From Cetorhinus maximus (Eukaryota): a stretch of DNA of 64,000 bases. Position 1 is the stretch's first letter. Every line of letters starts with the position of its first letter. The stretch is from positions 62,001 to 126,000 of the forward strand of contig NW_027596508.1 in NCBI RefSeq assembly GCF_964194155.1, given 5' to 3'. Positions 13,226 through 26,900 of this stretch are shown one piece after another. A model generated the notes under the pieces. The model saw nothing but the letters and a program-made list of their open reading frames with translations. It was not told where the DNA came from and did not search any database. The position numbers and the translations under genes are program-made.

Positions 13226-16200
13226 TATTAGTAACTGCTCTATGTGTGAAATACATTTGTTCAGTATCTGCTCATCACTGGTTCAGTCTGTGAGTATGTA
13301 AATCATTTTGTATCTGCCAGTCACTGCAAGTGAATGGTTGTGGGATTTATTATGTATTCATCATTCTCTGCTTCACTATGAGAGTTTTAGACTAATTCAT
13401 TAGCTGATAATTGTCTGTCTTTATCATTTTCTGGTAATGAATGTGCTTGTTGGAATAATTCTATATCTGACTGTTTCTGGTACTAAATGCAATTCTGGGA
13501 TTCATGCTGTAACTTCTAGTTCTGAGGAACTGTACACGAGTACAATATCTGTCACTGTTTTTTTGTGAGATGGTGGAATTCATTCTCTATCTGCAAATCT
13601 TGTACCATGTGAGAGCATAGGGTTCACTCTGCATCTGTCAATCTCTGGACTGAATGTGTGTGAGAGATTCATTGTGTATCTGTCAGTCTCTGCTTCTATA
13701 TGCAAGTGCTGATGTCAATCTGTACCTCCCAGTCTCTGCTCTGCTCTGTGAGTGTGGTCACATTCACTGTCTGCCACTGTTCTGTGTGACTGTGGGATTC
13801 ATCCTGTGATCCTCAGCCCTTGGGACTCAGCAAGTGTGAGAGTCAATCTGCATCTCTCCATTTCTCATCCATTATTAGGTTAATTCTGTAACTGTCATTC
13901 ATTGGGGCTGTGTTGTTATGGCCTTAATTCTCCATCTGTTAGTCTCTGATTTGGGATGAGAGTGTGGGATATATTCTGTATCTGACAGACTCTGGTCATG
14001 TGTGTCAGTGTGGGATATTTTCTCTTTCTGCCATTCTCTGGTACTGAATGGGACAGTTAATTTAGTTCTGCATCTGTCAGTCTTGTGTGCTTTTTGCGAA
14101 AGAGTTTTTAATAATGTATCTTTCTATGCTACTGTATGTGAGCATGGGATGAATTATATACCCATCAGTCAGTGGAACTGAATGTGATTTTGTGATCCAT
14201 TCCATCTGTCAGTCCCCAGAATTACAACTGAATGTGGAGCTCATTCTGAAGCTGCCAGTATCTGGAAGTGAGTGAGAGTTTGATGCTAGTTCTGCTGCCA
14301 TCAGCCTTTGAATAATTATATGTGTAACTGATTCATTGTGTATGTATCAGTCTCAGGTATTGTATCCAAATGCTGTTTTCTGCCTGTATCTGTCAGTTGT
14401 GGTACTTTGTACCAGAGCAGGATGAGCTACATAAATGCAATTCTTTGATCCTGTGATTGCTCTATTCAATTTGCTTCAAGTTTTCTGCTGTGAAATGAAA
14501 AGTGTGTTTTATTCTTTGCTTTCTTTCCGTTTCCGATGGAGTGTAATACTGTTGCATTCAACCTACTTCTGTCAGTCTTATGTGTTGTATGTGAATGCCT
14601 TATTCCTTCTGTATCAGTCATCTCCTACAGAATTCCAGAAGCTTGACACAACCCAGGACAAAGCAGCCTGCTTGATTGGTGCCACATCCACAAACATTAA
14701 CTCCCTCCAGCACCGACACACAGTAGCAGCAGTGTATACCATCTAGAAGATGAGCTGTAGGAACTCACCAAGACTCCTTAGACAGCACCTTCCAAACCTG
14801 TATTCTATATTTTTCAATCTTAACTGCTCAATGTGAATTAGTTATTGTTGGCTATCAGTCTCAAGTACAATAAGAGAGTGTGGACTTTGTGATACCTTTG
14901 TCAGTTCCTGGTGCTGTATATGACAGTGGACTATATTCTGTATCTTTCTGTCAATGACAGTGTATATGAAAGTAGCTTTAATTTTGTATTTTTCCATCTC
15001 TAGATCGAATGTGTGCTTGGAATTATTGTTTAAATGTCTGTTTCAAGGTGGGTGAGTGAGTTTTGGATATATTCTCTATCTATGCATCTCTGGTGTTGAA
15101 TGTAACTGGGATTTCATAAATTATGGTATCAATATTTGTTTAACTTTTGGTTTCTTGTAAAATATTTATTCAATGTTTTCTTTCACGGCCATAGGTTACA
15201 TTCAGTAGTTTTGTATGGGATATGTAGTGCTGTTCAGTTTGTATCTCTGTGAAAACAATTTGAAATGATAACATATACATCAATCTGATATATGGCCTGG
15301 TGTGTAATTCGTGCAGTTTTTAAAAGGAAATTGATACTTTAACTCGATGTTCTCGTCTAACACTTTGTGAGATTTTGGAATTGGTATTTAATCTGTAGCC
15401 CGGTCTACACTCTGGGATACTTAACAGCAATCCATTCTGTATCTCACAAAAGGGTAAATGTTGTCTGATGGAGTTAATAATTGGTATTTAATTTGTGGAC
15501 AAGGTGACACTGTGTACTTAAAAATAATATTGGGTTTGCTTTTGCCCTGGGATTGATGTATCTAGTTCTCAGTTGTACTAAGTTGGAGTGCAATGGAAAC
15601 AACTTCTCCCACCAATGCTCTGTTTGAATATTTTATTGAAAGGGCGCCTCTCAACCTTTGGACCTATGTGGATCTCTATACTGTTTCATTTTGGCCTAAA
15701 GGCCTGGCAGTGTCTCTGTGATTTGTGAGTGATATTGTACTTACTGTGAGTTGGAACCATCAGGCTGCACTTTTCCTTGTTTCGAGGAATCATCTGGTTC
15801 CTTAAATTCTTTCCGTGCACACAGAAAACATAACTCCTTTACCTGAAGAATAGGTGAAGTAGAAGATACAAAAGTGATCAATGTATTTTTTCAAGTAATA
15901 ATTATTATGAAGAATCAACAGAGCAAAACCAGCACCACAAGCAGTACTGGAACAATCAGTTTCTGCTCATCTGTTATTTTAAGTAGATTTGTAACAAGTT
16001 TGTGACCTGCAGAGACAACCTGTCCTGTGCACTGTTCCTTGAATTAGGCTATCCGATGGAGAAATGACCTTTGCAAGGGTCAAATTTCTCTTTACAGCTC
16101 CCTTTGAACTAACTGTACACCCGGAAACAAGCAGGTACTGTTTAAAATGTCTCTTTCACACTTCTCACCTGGTGCCTGAAATTGATCTTCTTTGTGTAAC

Positions 16201-16249
16201 TGGAAACATTGTTACTGTGCGGCTATTTCCCCCGCCATTCTCTGTCCAA

Positions 16250-16900
16250 TAACAAGGGACAGTGGGAGCCGGAACTAAGCCAGGAAGCTTCACTCGGGTT
16301 TGGGGAGAGAAAGCAGCAATGATCTTCAATGGCGAGTTCTTCTCACTCTGTCCAGACACTGCTCGAGAATGGCCTCTCCCTTCCCCCCGCTCACTCCATG
16401 TTCCGGGAGCAGCTCGTGTTCCAGGGAGCCCATTAAAAACAGCCGCCGCCTCCGCCTCAGCTGCCCGGACACTCAATGCCAATCTCTGAGCATATCTGCG
16501 GACGCGGCTCCAAACCGATGCGCTGCTTTAAGCAGATGCTGTTTGTTCACTTCCCTCTGGGGCGGTGATGTCTCCGATCGCTGCTGAATTAAACCCTATT
16601 CCGCTCACTGAGTGAATGACGCTGTCGGCCATTGTTGGGGATAGAGTTGCGCATGCGCTGTTATCCTCATTGTGACGACACTGGGGGGCGGGGTTATACT
16701 GCGCGTGCGCAGATCTTCGTAGCAATTCAGCCGGTAAAATCAATGGGAATTTTGCCCATTTCACTCTCATCACAGAGAGAACAAAATCCCCGAACCTGTG
16801 TCGGCGCGGGGGGCAAGGGGCGTTGGGCGCGAGTGGACGTGTAGCAGAAGCGGGGACCATTTGCGTTTGAAGCTCTGTTTGTCCCATTTCGATATTCAAT
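16250..16900. promoter_or_regulatory. CpG island / orphan promoter with NRF1-type and GC-box motifs
   Basis: TGCGCATGCGC 16648-16658, TGCGCGTGCGCA 16700-16711, GGGGCGGGG ~16685-16693; high CpG density against a CpG-poor background. Confidence 0.7.
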
Positions 16901-17094
16901 TTGCGTCCATCCCCTGCAGATTGTTTGTTATGAAACTGTCTCTCATCCCGTTAAATTTAGACTTCCTACAATCTCGGATATTAGTATTTGTTTAGTTTTC
17001 ACATTTTTGAAAGTTGTAATTGAATTGTATTCCATTATGCTCACTCGTAATAAAATCATTGATCATAGAGTCAATTACTCAATACTTACTGTAC

Positions 17095-18300
17095 TATGGC
17101 CGTCTCCCCCTACCTCCCCCTGGACCATGACCCAACCACTGAACATTGTTTCCAGGACCGTCACTGACCTCACCTCCTCTGGAGATCTTCGCTCCAAAGT
17201 TTCTCACCTCAGTCTCCCAGCCTCGGACGGCCCCCTTCTAGCTCCTACCCAAAATCCACAAATAGGACTGTCGCGGTTGACCGATCTTGTCAGCATGTTC
17301 TTGCCCCACGGAACTCATTTCTTCTTATCTTGACTCCGTTCTCTCTCCCCTTGTCCAGTCTCTTCCCACCTACATCCACGATTCATCTGGTGCCCTATAT
17401 CAAATCAACAATTTCCAGTTCCCTGTCTCCAACTGCCTCCTCTTCACCATGGATGTCCAATCCCTATCAACCTCCATCCCCCACCAGGATGGTTTAAGGG
17501 CTCTCTGCTTCTTGAACAGAGGCTTGAACAATCCCCATCCACCACCACTCTCCCCCACTCGCTGAACTTGTTCTCTCAATGGACAATTCCTCCTTAAACT
17601 TGTCTCACTTCCTCTAAATAAAAGATATGTCTATGGGTACCTGCATGGACCCCAGTTTTGCCTGTCTCTGTATGAGGTGTATGAAACATTCCTTGTTCCA
17701 GTCCGACTCAGGCCCCCTCCCACAATTCTTTCTCGGTTACATCAATGACTGCTTCGGTGCCGCTTCATTTTCATGTCTGGACTTGGAAAAATGCATTAAT
17801 TTTGCTTCCAATTTCCACCCTCCATCACTTTCACATGGTCCATCATTGACACTTCCCTTCCCATCCTTGACCTCTCTGTTTCAATTTTTGGTGATAGTCC
17901 ATCAAAATTCAATATAAGCCCGCCGACTCCCACAGCTACCTCGACTACAACTTCTCACACCCTGCTTCATTTAAGGACTTCATCCCATTCCCTTAGTTCC
18001 TTCGCCTCCGCAGCATCTGTTCTGATGATGCCACTTTCCAAAACAGTGCTTTTAACATGTCTTCCTGCTTCCCTAAACGAGGTTTCCTGCCCACGGTGGT
18101 TGATAGAGCCCTCAGCCGTGTCCGACCCATTTCCCGTGCCTCTGCCCTCAAATTGCCCTCTCCCTCCCAGAACCATGATAGGGTCCCCCTTGTCCTCACT
18201 TTTCACCCCATCAGCATTCAACAGATTCGAAACGTTAACTGTGTTCCTCTCCACAGATGCTGTTAGACCTGCTGAGTTTTTCCAGCTACTTTTATTTTTG
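17095..18300 (+). mobile_element. Penelope-like element, RT fragment plus terminal-repeat piece
   Basis: LFTMDVQSLSTSIPH, MGTCMDPSFACL, YINDCFG, RGFLPTVVDRAL; tail gaaacgttaac..tccacagatgctg..acctgctgagt. Confidence 0.85.
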
Positions 18301-18304
18301 TTTT

Positions 18305-18563
18305 GCTGCACTATGGCAGAAAGGTCTTAAACAGCGACCTTTCCCCATTGTGCCTTTGCGGCAGCTGCCCCAAACTTTCGTGCTTCCCTCAGCACATAGT
18401 CCTGGACCTTGGAATGTACCCAGTTTGCAACAGTCAGCTGGGGAAGACCAACAAGTTTCAGGCAGACCAAAGGGCGTCTTTCACCGAGTTGATGATCCTC
18501 CAGCTGCAGTTGATGTTCGTCTCAGTGTGTGTCCCTGGTAACAGCCTGGAGAACAGAGTCCAG
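18305..18563 (-). mobile_element. Tx1/L1-type ORF2 C-terminal fragment
   Basis: Aligns to 7825-8060 (cctcagcacatagtc, ggcagaccaaag, gatgatcctccagctgcagttgatgtt). Confidence 0.8.
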
Positions 18564-18800
18564 CTTCCAGAGATTTTCACAATCTCATACTTTCACAAAG
18601 AATGAGGAAATCCTCTCACCTTCACTTATTTTTATATCTCCGGGAGGAATGGTGCTGCAGGCGTTGCTGATTGGTCACTTTGTGCTGCGTCTCGTAATGT
18701 TGTTCATATCACAAATCAGATAACTACTGAACTCACCAATCCGGAGACTCCACGGATGAGGGCGGAAAATACCGGCGCCAAATTATCAGATTCCAACTGA
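18564..18800 (-). pseudogene. H2A: H2A remnant: promoter, 5' UTR and first 11 nt of CDS only (ATG>ATC)
   Basis: Homologous to sequence upstream of H2A at 22537 and 58949; minus strand ATC TCT GGA AG at 18574-18564, then Tx1; TATAAAA and CCAAT retained. Confidence 0.85.
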
Positions 18801-19703
18801 TTTTTTTCAAATTTTAAAAGCTCGCAAACTTCGCAAAAAACAGGATATAATATAGTACTAATTGGAAAGAGCTAATTCAGTATACGAATGTTAGATTTAC
18901 TTAATCTCGCTCTCTCCTTCCCTCGTCTATAGTTTCTCTGTCCGTTTCTGATTTTCATTCTGGGTTTATCTGTATCTAAAAACAAGTCGAAAATATCGGC
19001 GCCAAGTTTAAGGAATCCAAACTTTCTTTTTATTCGACATCGAAGACGGCCGATATATTTATAAAACAAAAAATAGTGTTCAGATAGAAATTCCCATTAA
19101 TAGTTAACACGATCTGACCACAAAGTTTTAAAAATATCCATCCCTGATGGGATTATTTCGCATTTTATCCCCAGTTCCAGATTCGCTTATAGAATCCGGA
19201 ATCCATTCGGAGTTAATTTCCATCCTTTATGAAACCCTTTAACCAGCCGGCAGAAAGTTTCATTTACATAGTTCTGCAAACGGACGGTATATTGTAGATA
19301 TTCGACAGTCAAAAGTTAACATTTTTGGTGTAAATTTGCCAGCGTTGAGACTGAAGGTTCCGACACAACCGGGGCTGATAGGAAATGAACTGATCGATTA
19401 TTGAGACCAAACTTGACCAGAACTGGAAACTGACGCATTTGCGCTCTATTCTCTCTCCCCCCAAAAACAAGGAAAGGGGCCGAATATAAACGCGTCTGAG
19501 AACAAAGCGCAGAGGGTCAGCGGACAGCCATTAATTTATGGGCCATTATTAATAACAGCGAATGATTGAACAGAGTGATAAATCTACATTAGCCTGAAAG
19601 TAGGAAACAAAACTAACAGAAAACACCATTCGAAAATGTTCAAATTAGAAACGCGACAAATTAAACATTGAGATGAAATAGCTTTCTCGGAGAGATTGTG
19701 GGT

Positions 19704-19719
19704 GGCTCTTAAAAGAGCC
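19704..19719 (-). terminator. Histone 3' stem-loop with HDE
   Basis: GGCTCTTTTAAGAGCC-ACCCA ... GAGAAAGCT. Confidence 0.95.
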
Positions 19720-19756
19720 GTTGTGTTTCGGGTGTGGTTCAGTCCATTGTGGGGTT

Positions 19757-20134
19757 TTACTTGGAGCTGGTGTACTTGGTCACCGCCTTTGTCCCTTCCG
19801 ACACGGCGTGCTTGGCCAGTTCCCCGGGCAGCAGCAGGCGCACGGCGGTCTGGATCTCCCGGGAGCTGATGGTGCTGCGCTTGTTGTAATGGGCCAGGCG
19901 GGAAGCCTCACCCGCGATGCGCTCGAAAATATCGCTCACGAACGAGTTCATGATGCTCATGGCCTTGGAGGAGATGCCGGTGTCGGGATGAACCTGCTTC
20001 ATCACTTTGTAGATGTAGATGGCGTAACTCTCCTTCCTCGACTTTCGCCGCTTCTTGCCGCCCTTTCCTGCCGGTTTACTCACCGCTTTCTTGGCGCCCT
20101 TCTTAGCAACTGGTTTCTTCTTCTCATCAACCAT
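19757..20134 (-). CDS. H2B: Histone H2B, replication-dependent (125 aa, [13 protein letters not shown]...KYTSSK)
   Basis: Complete ORF from ATG 20134; stem-loop; TATA, octamer-like and CCAAT elements upstream. The ORF-track start at 20254 is spurious. Confidence 0.97.
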   Translation of the reverse strand: MVDEKKKPVAKKGAKKAVSKPAGKGGKKRRKSRKESYAIYIYKVMKQVHPDTGISSKAMSIMNSFVSDIFERIAGEASRLAHYNKRSTISSREIQTAVRLLLPGELAKHAVSEGTKAVTKYTSSK

Positions 20135-20184
20135 CTTCAATCTCAATTTCAGACACTGAAATAAACCAAACCCCTTCCGTCCGC

Positions 20185-20340
20185 TCATTATATAGACAGT
20201 CTGACAGATATATGCTAATGAGGAATGGGAGAAAGAATGATTCTGATTGGACATTTTTAAAACAAAATGGGACTTATATGGTGTTTTTTATGATTGGATA
20301 GCTAACCCGACCAATCATATTCAGGTTTCTCCACCAATCA
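20185..20340 (-). promoter_or_regulatory. H2B promoter
   Basis: TATATAA ~20188-20194, octamer variant ATTAGCAT 20212-20219, several CCAAT boxes. Confidence 0.8.
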
Positions 20341-20996
20341 TAAGCCTCCTTACTACAATCAGGAAATACATTTTACAAAGACCCTCTCCAGCCGGAGTTT
20401 CTCAGTGTGTAAAGATACACCGGGAAATGTCTCCTGGCTGTCGGTACGAGGGGCTGTCCGGGAATGTGGGTTCTTTCAGGAACTGTGAGTGTCTGGCCTT
20501 CTTATCGTGTCCACGGACAGTCTCATTTCCAGTTCCATAAACTGACAAGCACAGGATACAGCAGACACACACTGTACCACAGCTTCAAGAACAGAATGCA
20601 CCCGCTGTACTCTATCCCCCTACCTCACACATTAGCAGAGGGTCAGAGAACCAGAAGGAATCCTGCATCCCCGGACGGTCCCTAGCACCGACAGCCAGAC
20701 AACATTTCCCAATATATCTTTACACACAGAGAAACTCAGGCTGGAGAGAAGCCTTGTAGAATGTGTGGCCTGGTTGCAGTAAATGGGCGAATAATTGGTG
20801 GAGAAGTCGAAATGTGATTGGATAATTAAAGACACCAATCAGAAAAATATGAGAGAAGGAGCAGTTATAGTTTTAAAAAAAAGGTCCAATCAGAATCACG
20901 GTTCTCCAATCCTTCATTTACATAGCTCGTCTGTCAGACTATCTATTTAATCGGCCCTCGGAAGGTATTTGTTTTATTCTTTGTCGGAAACTGACG

Positions 20997-21371
20997 ATAG
21001 TTGATGAGAAGAAACCAGCTCCCAAAAAGGGAGCCAAGAAAGCCTTAAAGAAACCGGTAGCGAAGGGGGGCAAGAAGCGGCGAAAGTCGAGGAAGGAGAG
21101 TTACGCCATCTACATCTACAAAGTGATGAAGCAGGTTCACCCCGACACCGGCATCTCCTCCAAGGCCATGAGCATCATGAACTCGTTCGTGAACGATATT
21201 TTCGAGCGCATCGCGGGTGAGGCTTCCCGCCTGGCCCATTACAACAAGCGCAGCACCATCAGCTCCCGGGAGATCCAGACCGCCGTGCGCCTGCTGCTGC
21301 CCGGGGAACTGGCCAAACACGCCGTGTCGGAAGGGACAAAGGCGGTGACCAAGTACACCAGCTCCAAGTAA
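20997..21371 (+). pseudogene. H2B: Histone H2B with lost start codon (ATG>ATA); remaining frame open
   Basis: ATA GTT GAT GAG AAG AAA CCA... reads in frame to TAA 21371; TATTTAA 20944-20950; octamer altered to ATTTACAT. Confidence 0.88.
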
Positions 21372-21408
21372 AACCCGGCAATGGGCTGAAAAACATTCAA
21401 AACACAAC

Positions 21409-21424
21409 GGCTCTTTTAAGAGCC
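21409..21424 (+). terminator. Histone 3' stem-loop with HDE
   Basis: GGCTCTTTTAAGAGCC-ACCCA ... GAAAAAGCT. Confidence 0.95.
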
Positions 21425-22527
21425 ACCCACAATCTCTCTGAAAAAGCTATTTCATCTCAATTTTTACTTTGTCATGTTTTAAATTTGAACATTTCGAACT
21501 ATGTTATTTTCATGTTATTTCCCTCATATTCGGCCTAATGTAGATTTATCACTCGCTCAATTCTTAGGTCCTGATAATAATGCCCCATAAATGAATGACT
21601 GCCCGCTCACCCTCTGCGCTTTGTTCTCAGACGCGTTTATATTCGGCCCCTTTCCCTGGCTTTGGAGAGAGAATAAAACGCAAATGCGTCAGTTTCCAGT
21701 TCTGGTCAAGTTTGGTCTCAATAATCGATCAGTTCATTTCCTATCAGCCCCGGTTGTGTCGGAACCTTCAGTCTCAACGCTGGCAAATTTACACCAGACA
21801 TGTTCGCTTTTGTCTCTCACGAATATCTACAATATACCGTCCGTTTGTAGAACGATGTCAATGAGACTTTGCCGGCTGGTTAAAAGGTTTCATAAAAGAT
21901 GGAAATAAACCCCGAATAGATCCCGTTTTACAAAAGCGAATCTGGAACTTGGGATAAAATGTGAAATAGTCCCATCAGGGACGGGGAATTTTAAAACTTT
22001 GTCGTCAGGTCGAGATCACTTTCTACAAAAGACTTTCTACATGAAACGTATTTCTTGTTTTATAAATCTATCGGCCGCCTTTTCGATGTCGAAAACCGTA
22101 AATTTGGAGCTGTTATTTTCGGTTTGTTTTCAGGTTCAGATAAACCCAGACTGAAAATCAGAAACAGACAAATACAGATCAACCGTAGAATAGAGAAAGG
22201 GAGAGCGAGATTAAGTAAATCTAACATTCGTATATTAAATACTGAATTACCTATTTCCAATTAACACTATGTTCTGTCCGTTTTTTACAAATTTGGCGGG
22301 ATTTGAAAATTTGAAAAAAAAATCGGTTGAAATTTGGCGCCGGTATTTTCCGCCCTCACTCCGTGGAGTCTCCGGATTGGTGAGTTCAGTAGATATCTGG
22401 TTGGTGATATGAACAAAGACGCGGCACAAACTGACCAACCAGCAATGCCCGCAGCACCATTCCTCCCGAAGCTATTAGAGAAGCGAATGTGAGAGGATTT
22501 CCTCATTCTCTGTGAAAGTGTTTGTGA

Positions 22528-22929
<402 letters not shown>

Positions 22930-22959
22930 AGCGGCCATTCTTTAATCTAATAACCCAAA

Positions 22960-22975
22960 GGCTCTTTTCAGAGCC
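22960..22975 (+). terminator. Histone 3' stem-loop with HDE (22991-23000)
   Basis: GGCTCTTTTCAGAGCC then GAAAGGGCTG. Confidence 0.93.
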
Positions 22976-23019
22976 TCTCACAGAGTCTGTGAAAGGGCTG
23001 CCCACTGTCTGAACTCGTT

Positions 23020-23115
23020 TCATTCTGGTTCTGAAGAAGCGTCATGCCGATTCGAAACGGTAACTCTGTCCCCACACAGATGCTGCCAGACCTGCTGAGT
23101 TTTTCAGCATTTTCG
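23020..23115 (+). mobile_element. Penelope terminal-repeat fragment with minimal hammerhead-like core
   Basis: CTGAAGA-agcgtc..gattc-GAAAC then cacagatgctgccagacctgctgagt. Confidence 0.65.
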
Positions 23116-23599
23116 TTAAAAATTCTAGCTTCGCTGCAAAAGACAGCTGGACATACCTTACAACCCGCTTTCAATTCCGATTCCTTACCTGATCTGTTTA
23201 TAACAGGCGGGTAGAAAGCTATTGATGGGCGAAATCACCGTGAATACCGACAGTCCCGGGTCTCTCACATAAACATCATGAACTGTATGGGTTTTATTCA
23301 GGTCACGGATCAATAGATATTGTAGGGAAAATGGGGTGAGTCATTTTTCCACTAAATTGGGAGTGGGAGAGTGGGGTCTGGGTAGTTGTCAAGTGCCTGC
23401 TCTCTCACCCAGACAGGCAAAGGGGTCTGTAGGCCTGCCTGGAAATCCACCGCTCCACTCCCCATTTCAAACATCAACAACCTTAACATATGAACTAATA
23501 ACCGAAAGAGGACGAAATGATGCTAAAGCTGTGTTAGATTCATCTGTAGATTTCTCTGTCCCGTCCCCAGGTCAGTGCTCTTAATGTGACGTTTTGGGT

Positions 23600-23615
23600 G
23601 GCTCTGAAAAGAGCC
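23600..23615 (-). terminator. Histone 3' stem-loop
   Basis: GGCTCTTTTCAGAGCC-ACCCA on minus strand. Confidence 0.95.
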
Positions 23616-23649
23616 TTTGTTGTGTGTTTGGTAGAAAGGGTCGAGTTGT

Positions 23650-23970
<321 letters not shown>

Positions 23971-26900
23971 TCACTCAGATCACTGCAGACTATGAGAGAC
24001 GAGCTGCTTCACGTTCCTCTTTTAAATAGCCCGCCCCGACCTGACTGTGAACGGGACAGAGTGAGAGGCGGGGCGGGGAGCTGTCAGCAATATCACCGCC
24101 TCATTCCAGTCGCTTCTACAAACAGACAAACAGTCTGCTTCCATTTCTAGGACAGGTTCTATTCCATTAACACACAACTCCCCTCCCAGAAGCATTGAGA
24201 CTTTTACTAATCCCTCTTCCAGCTGAATTGGAGAATATGATGTGTTTGGGTTTGAGTTGTGACGCGGGGTTTGGCCAAGGTTGAGTTGGAGAGATTTGTA
24301 ATCTACAAGGCAGTCAAGAGGTATGAGGATCAGGCAGAGAAGGAGAACTAAGGTCACAAACAGACCAGCCTCTAAACCAGTTAGTCTGCAGGTATCACAA
24401 ATTAATGGGACTAAGAACAAGATAAAATCGCATCACGGGCCTGTAATTTAGTTTATTGAGAGGGAATTCGAAAAGTTTTGCAAAGATTGAACCGGTCAGT
24501 GAAAGTGTCTGTCTAAGAACTGGAAATGAATACCGGCTGAAATTTAAACGGTTGGTATTGAATTAGTGACAACAAATCAATTATTTTAAGGGAAGTGTTG
24601 GTGTAGTTATTTCAGACAAAACTTCATCATCCCTTCCAGGATAAGTTGCATTTTTTTATTGTTCGGAACTTTGTGGATATCTACATGGAGCCGTTGTAGT
24701 TGGTCACTATCTTTGTCTGTTTCACGGCCCGTTCCCCGGGCAGCAACAGACCTTTTCCTGTCTCGATGTGTCCACAGAAACAGCAGGAGCCAATATATTG
24801 TGGACTGGTGCCCTCTGCTGGCTGCACGTGAGACGTACAAAGAGGTAACTTCTTTGGGGACCGATTGAAGGATACATTATCTTTCACGATTGTGTTCACA
24901 GTGACAGAGATTTAATACTCAGCCAAAGATGACACACATTGTTTGCTTTAAACCTACCATATCAGTGGCCTGATGTTCTGCTGGAAATGTATGTGGAATG
25001 AATCCAAACTTATAATTAGTCCCAGAGACTGAAAGTTATATAATGAATCCCACACACACAGAATCAGAGAAAAATTCTCAAGTACATTTTCAGTGCCAGA
25101 TGCTGAAAGATACAGGCTGGTCACTGCACTCACTCACAATAGTTGAATCTGAGTGATACTAAAGAAATATAACAAACCAATTGTACCACTGAGAGATTGA
25201 GAAAGAGTCCAAGCATCACATAGAGTAACAGATGCTGACGGATACAAATGGAATACCACACACTAACACACACACACAATAAGCTCCACTTTCACATACA
25301 ATACCAATGATTGGAAAACTCCAATTGAATCTCACAATGTTTTATAATACCAAAGATTGACAGATGTAAAATTAATCCCACTGTCAGATACAGAATGAAT
25401 TTCATGCTCACAAACAGAAAGAAGTGATGAAAGAAACATATGATTCCCACACTTACTTTACAATATCACAGATACAGAGTGCCATTGACAGATCTGTATT
25501 GAATCTTATGCTCACACACGTTACGAGAGTCTGACATGTATGTACCGGATACAGAGTGGATACTACACTCAAAATCCTGACTTGGAAATATATCACTGTA
25601 ACTTCACTGTCACTGGGTCAAAATCCTGGAACTCCCTTCCGAATAGTACTGGGGATGTGCCTACACCACATGCACTGCAGAGGTTGAAGAAGGTATCTCA
25701 CCACCACCTTCTCAAGGGCAAAAAAGGATGGACAATAACTGCTGGCCTAGCCAGCGAAACTAACACCACATGAATGAATTTAAAAAGGGCACCAAAGACT
25801 TCAAATTCAGAATGATTTCCATGTTCACATACAGTAGTACTGACTGATAGGATTAAACACACACACACCATTAAGAAATTCAGAATGAGTCCCAAACTCA
25901 TTTGCATTACCAGAAAGTTATTGAGAACAAAACACTTCCACACCTACAGTTCTACTTTAAAAAGTGTCCCGACGCTCATACAGTACCAGAAAATGCAATG
26001 TGCCTTCTGAATATGACACAGGTATATTGTACCAGAGAATGAGAGACACAGAATGACTGCAGCACTCACTTTCAGTAGCAGAAGCTGACTGATAGAGCAA
26101 AATCCTTCCACACATACAGTTCCACTGACAGTTTCAGAATGTAACCCACCTCTCTCAGTATCAGAAAATGAAAGATAGGAATGGAATATAACACAAATAT
26201 AATGTACAAGAGAGTGACTGTTACAGAATAAATCCAAACATACTGGCAGTTCCACTGATAACGTCTCCACACTCACATACAGTAACCAAAACTGACAACT
26301 TCAGAATGTCTCTCAGTTTCACACAGTACCAGTGAGTGACATAGATATTGAATCCCACGTTCACAATACGGGCCAGAAAAGGGCAATGAAGAATGTATCT
26401 CACTCTCAAATACAAAACAACGGTCTGACGGTTTCAGCACAACATTATAACTTCTGCTTGGTACAATAAAATATTATGAAATGTCATCTCCACCGTTAGT
26501 AATTCCAAATACCTCCCTTCGCCGTCCAATAAAATGTGAACGGTTCTTGTCTGTTCTGTCGCTCTCTGAGCGTGCTGACATCTACTGGCCAGAGCTGAGA
26601 AGTGCAACAGAGCGGAACTTTTTTTTATTAATTCAATGGATATGAGATTCGCTGGCTCGGCCAGCATTTATTGTCCATTACTAAGTGAAGGTGGTGGTGA
26701 GCTGCCTTCCTGGTCCGCTGCAGTCCCTGTGGTGTGAGGGAGGGAGTTCCAGGATTTTGATACAATGACATTAACTGTGTGTGTTGCAGAAACAGCTCAA
26801 TATGAGGAATAAGTGATGGGATGTGATAGGGTGGACATAGAGGTGTCAACAATCAATTCAAAGAGAATTCGATATTATCTTGTTATCCCACTGAGTTGGT

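Larger units (their letters stand above)
9580..15420 (+). repeat. Degenerate ~46-bp satellite array (T/G-rich orientation), interrupted by LINE fragments
   Basis: Recurring ctgtcagtctctggtactgtatgtgagtgtgggatt..ttctgtat unit. Confidence 0.8.

Noticed and set aside
21684-21908. Small ORF MRQFPVLVKFGLNNRS... present in all three spacer copies
   Set aside because: Stop positions differ among copies and two of three changed codons in the core are non-synonymous, so conservation looks nucleotide-level
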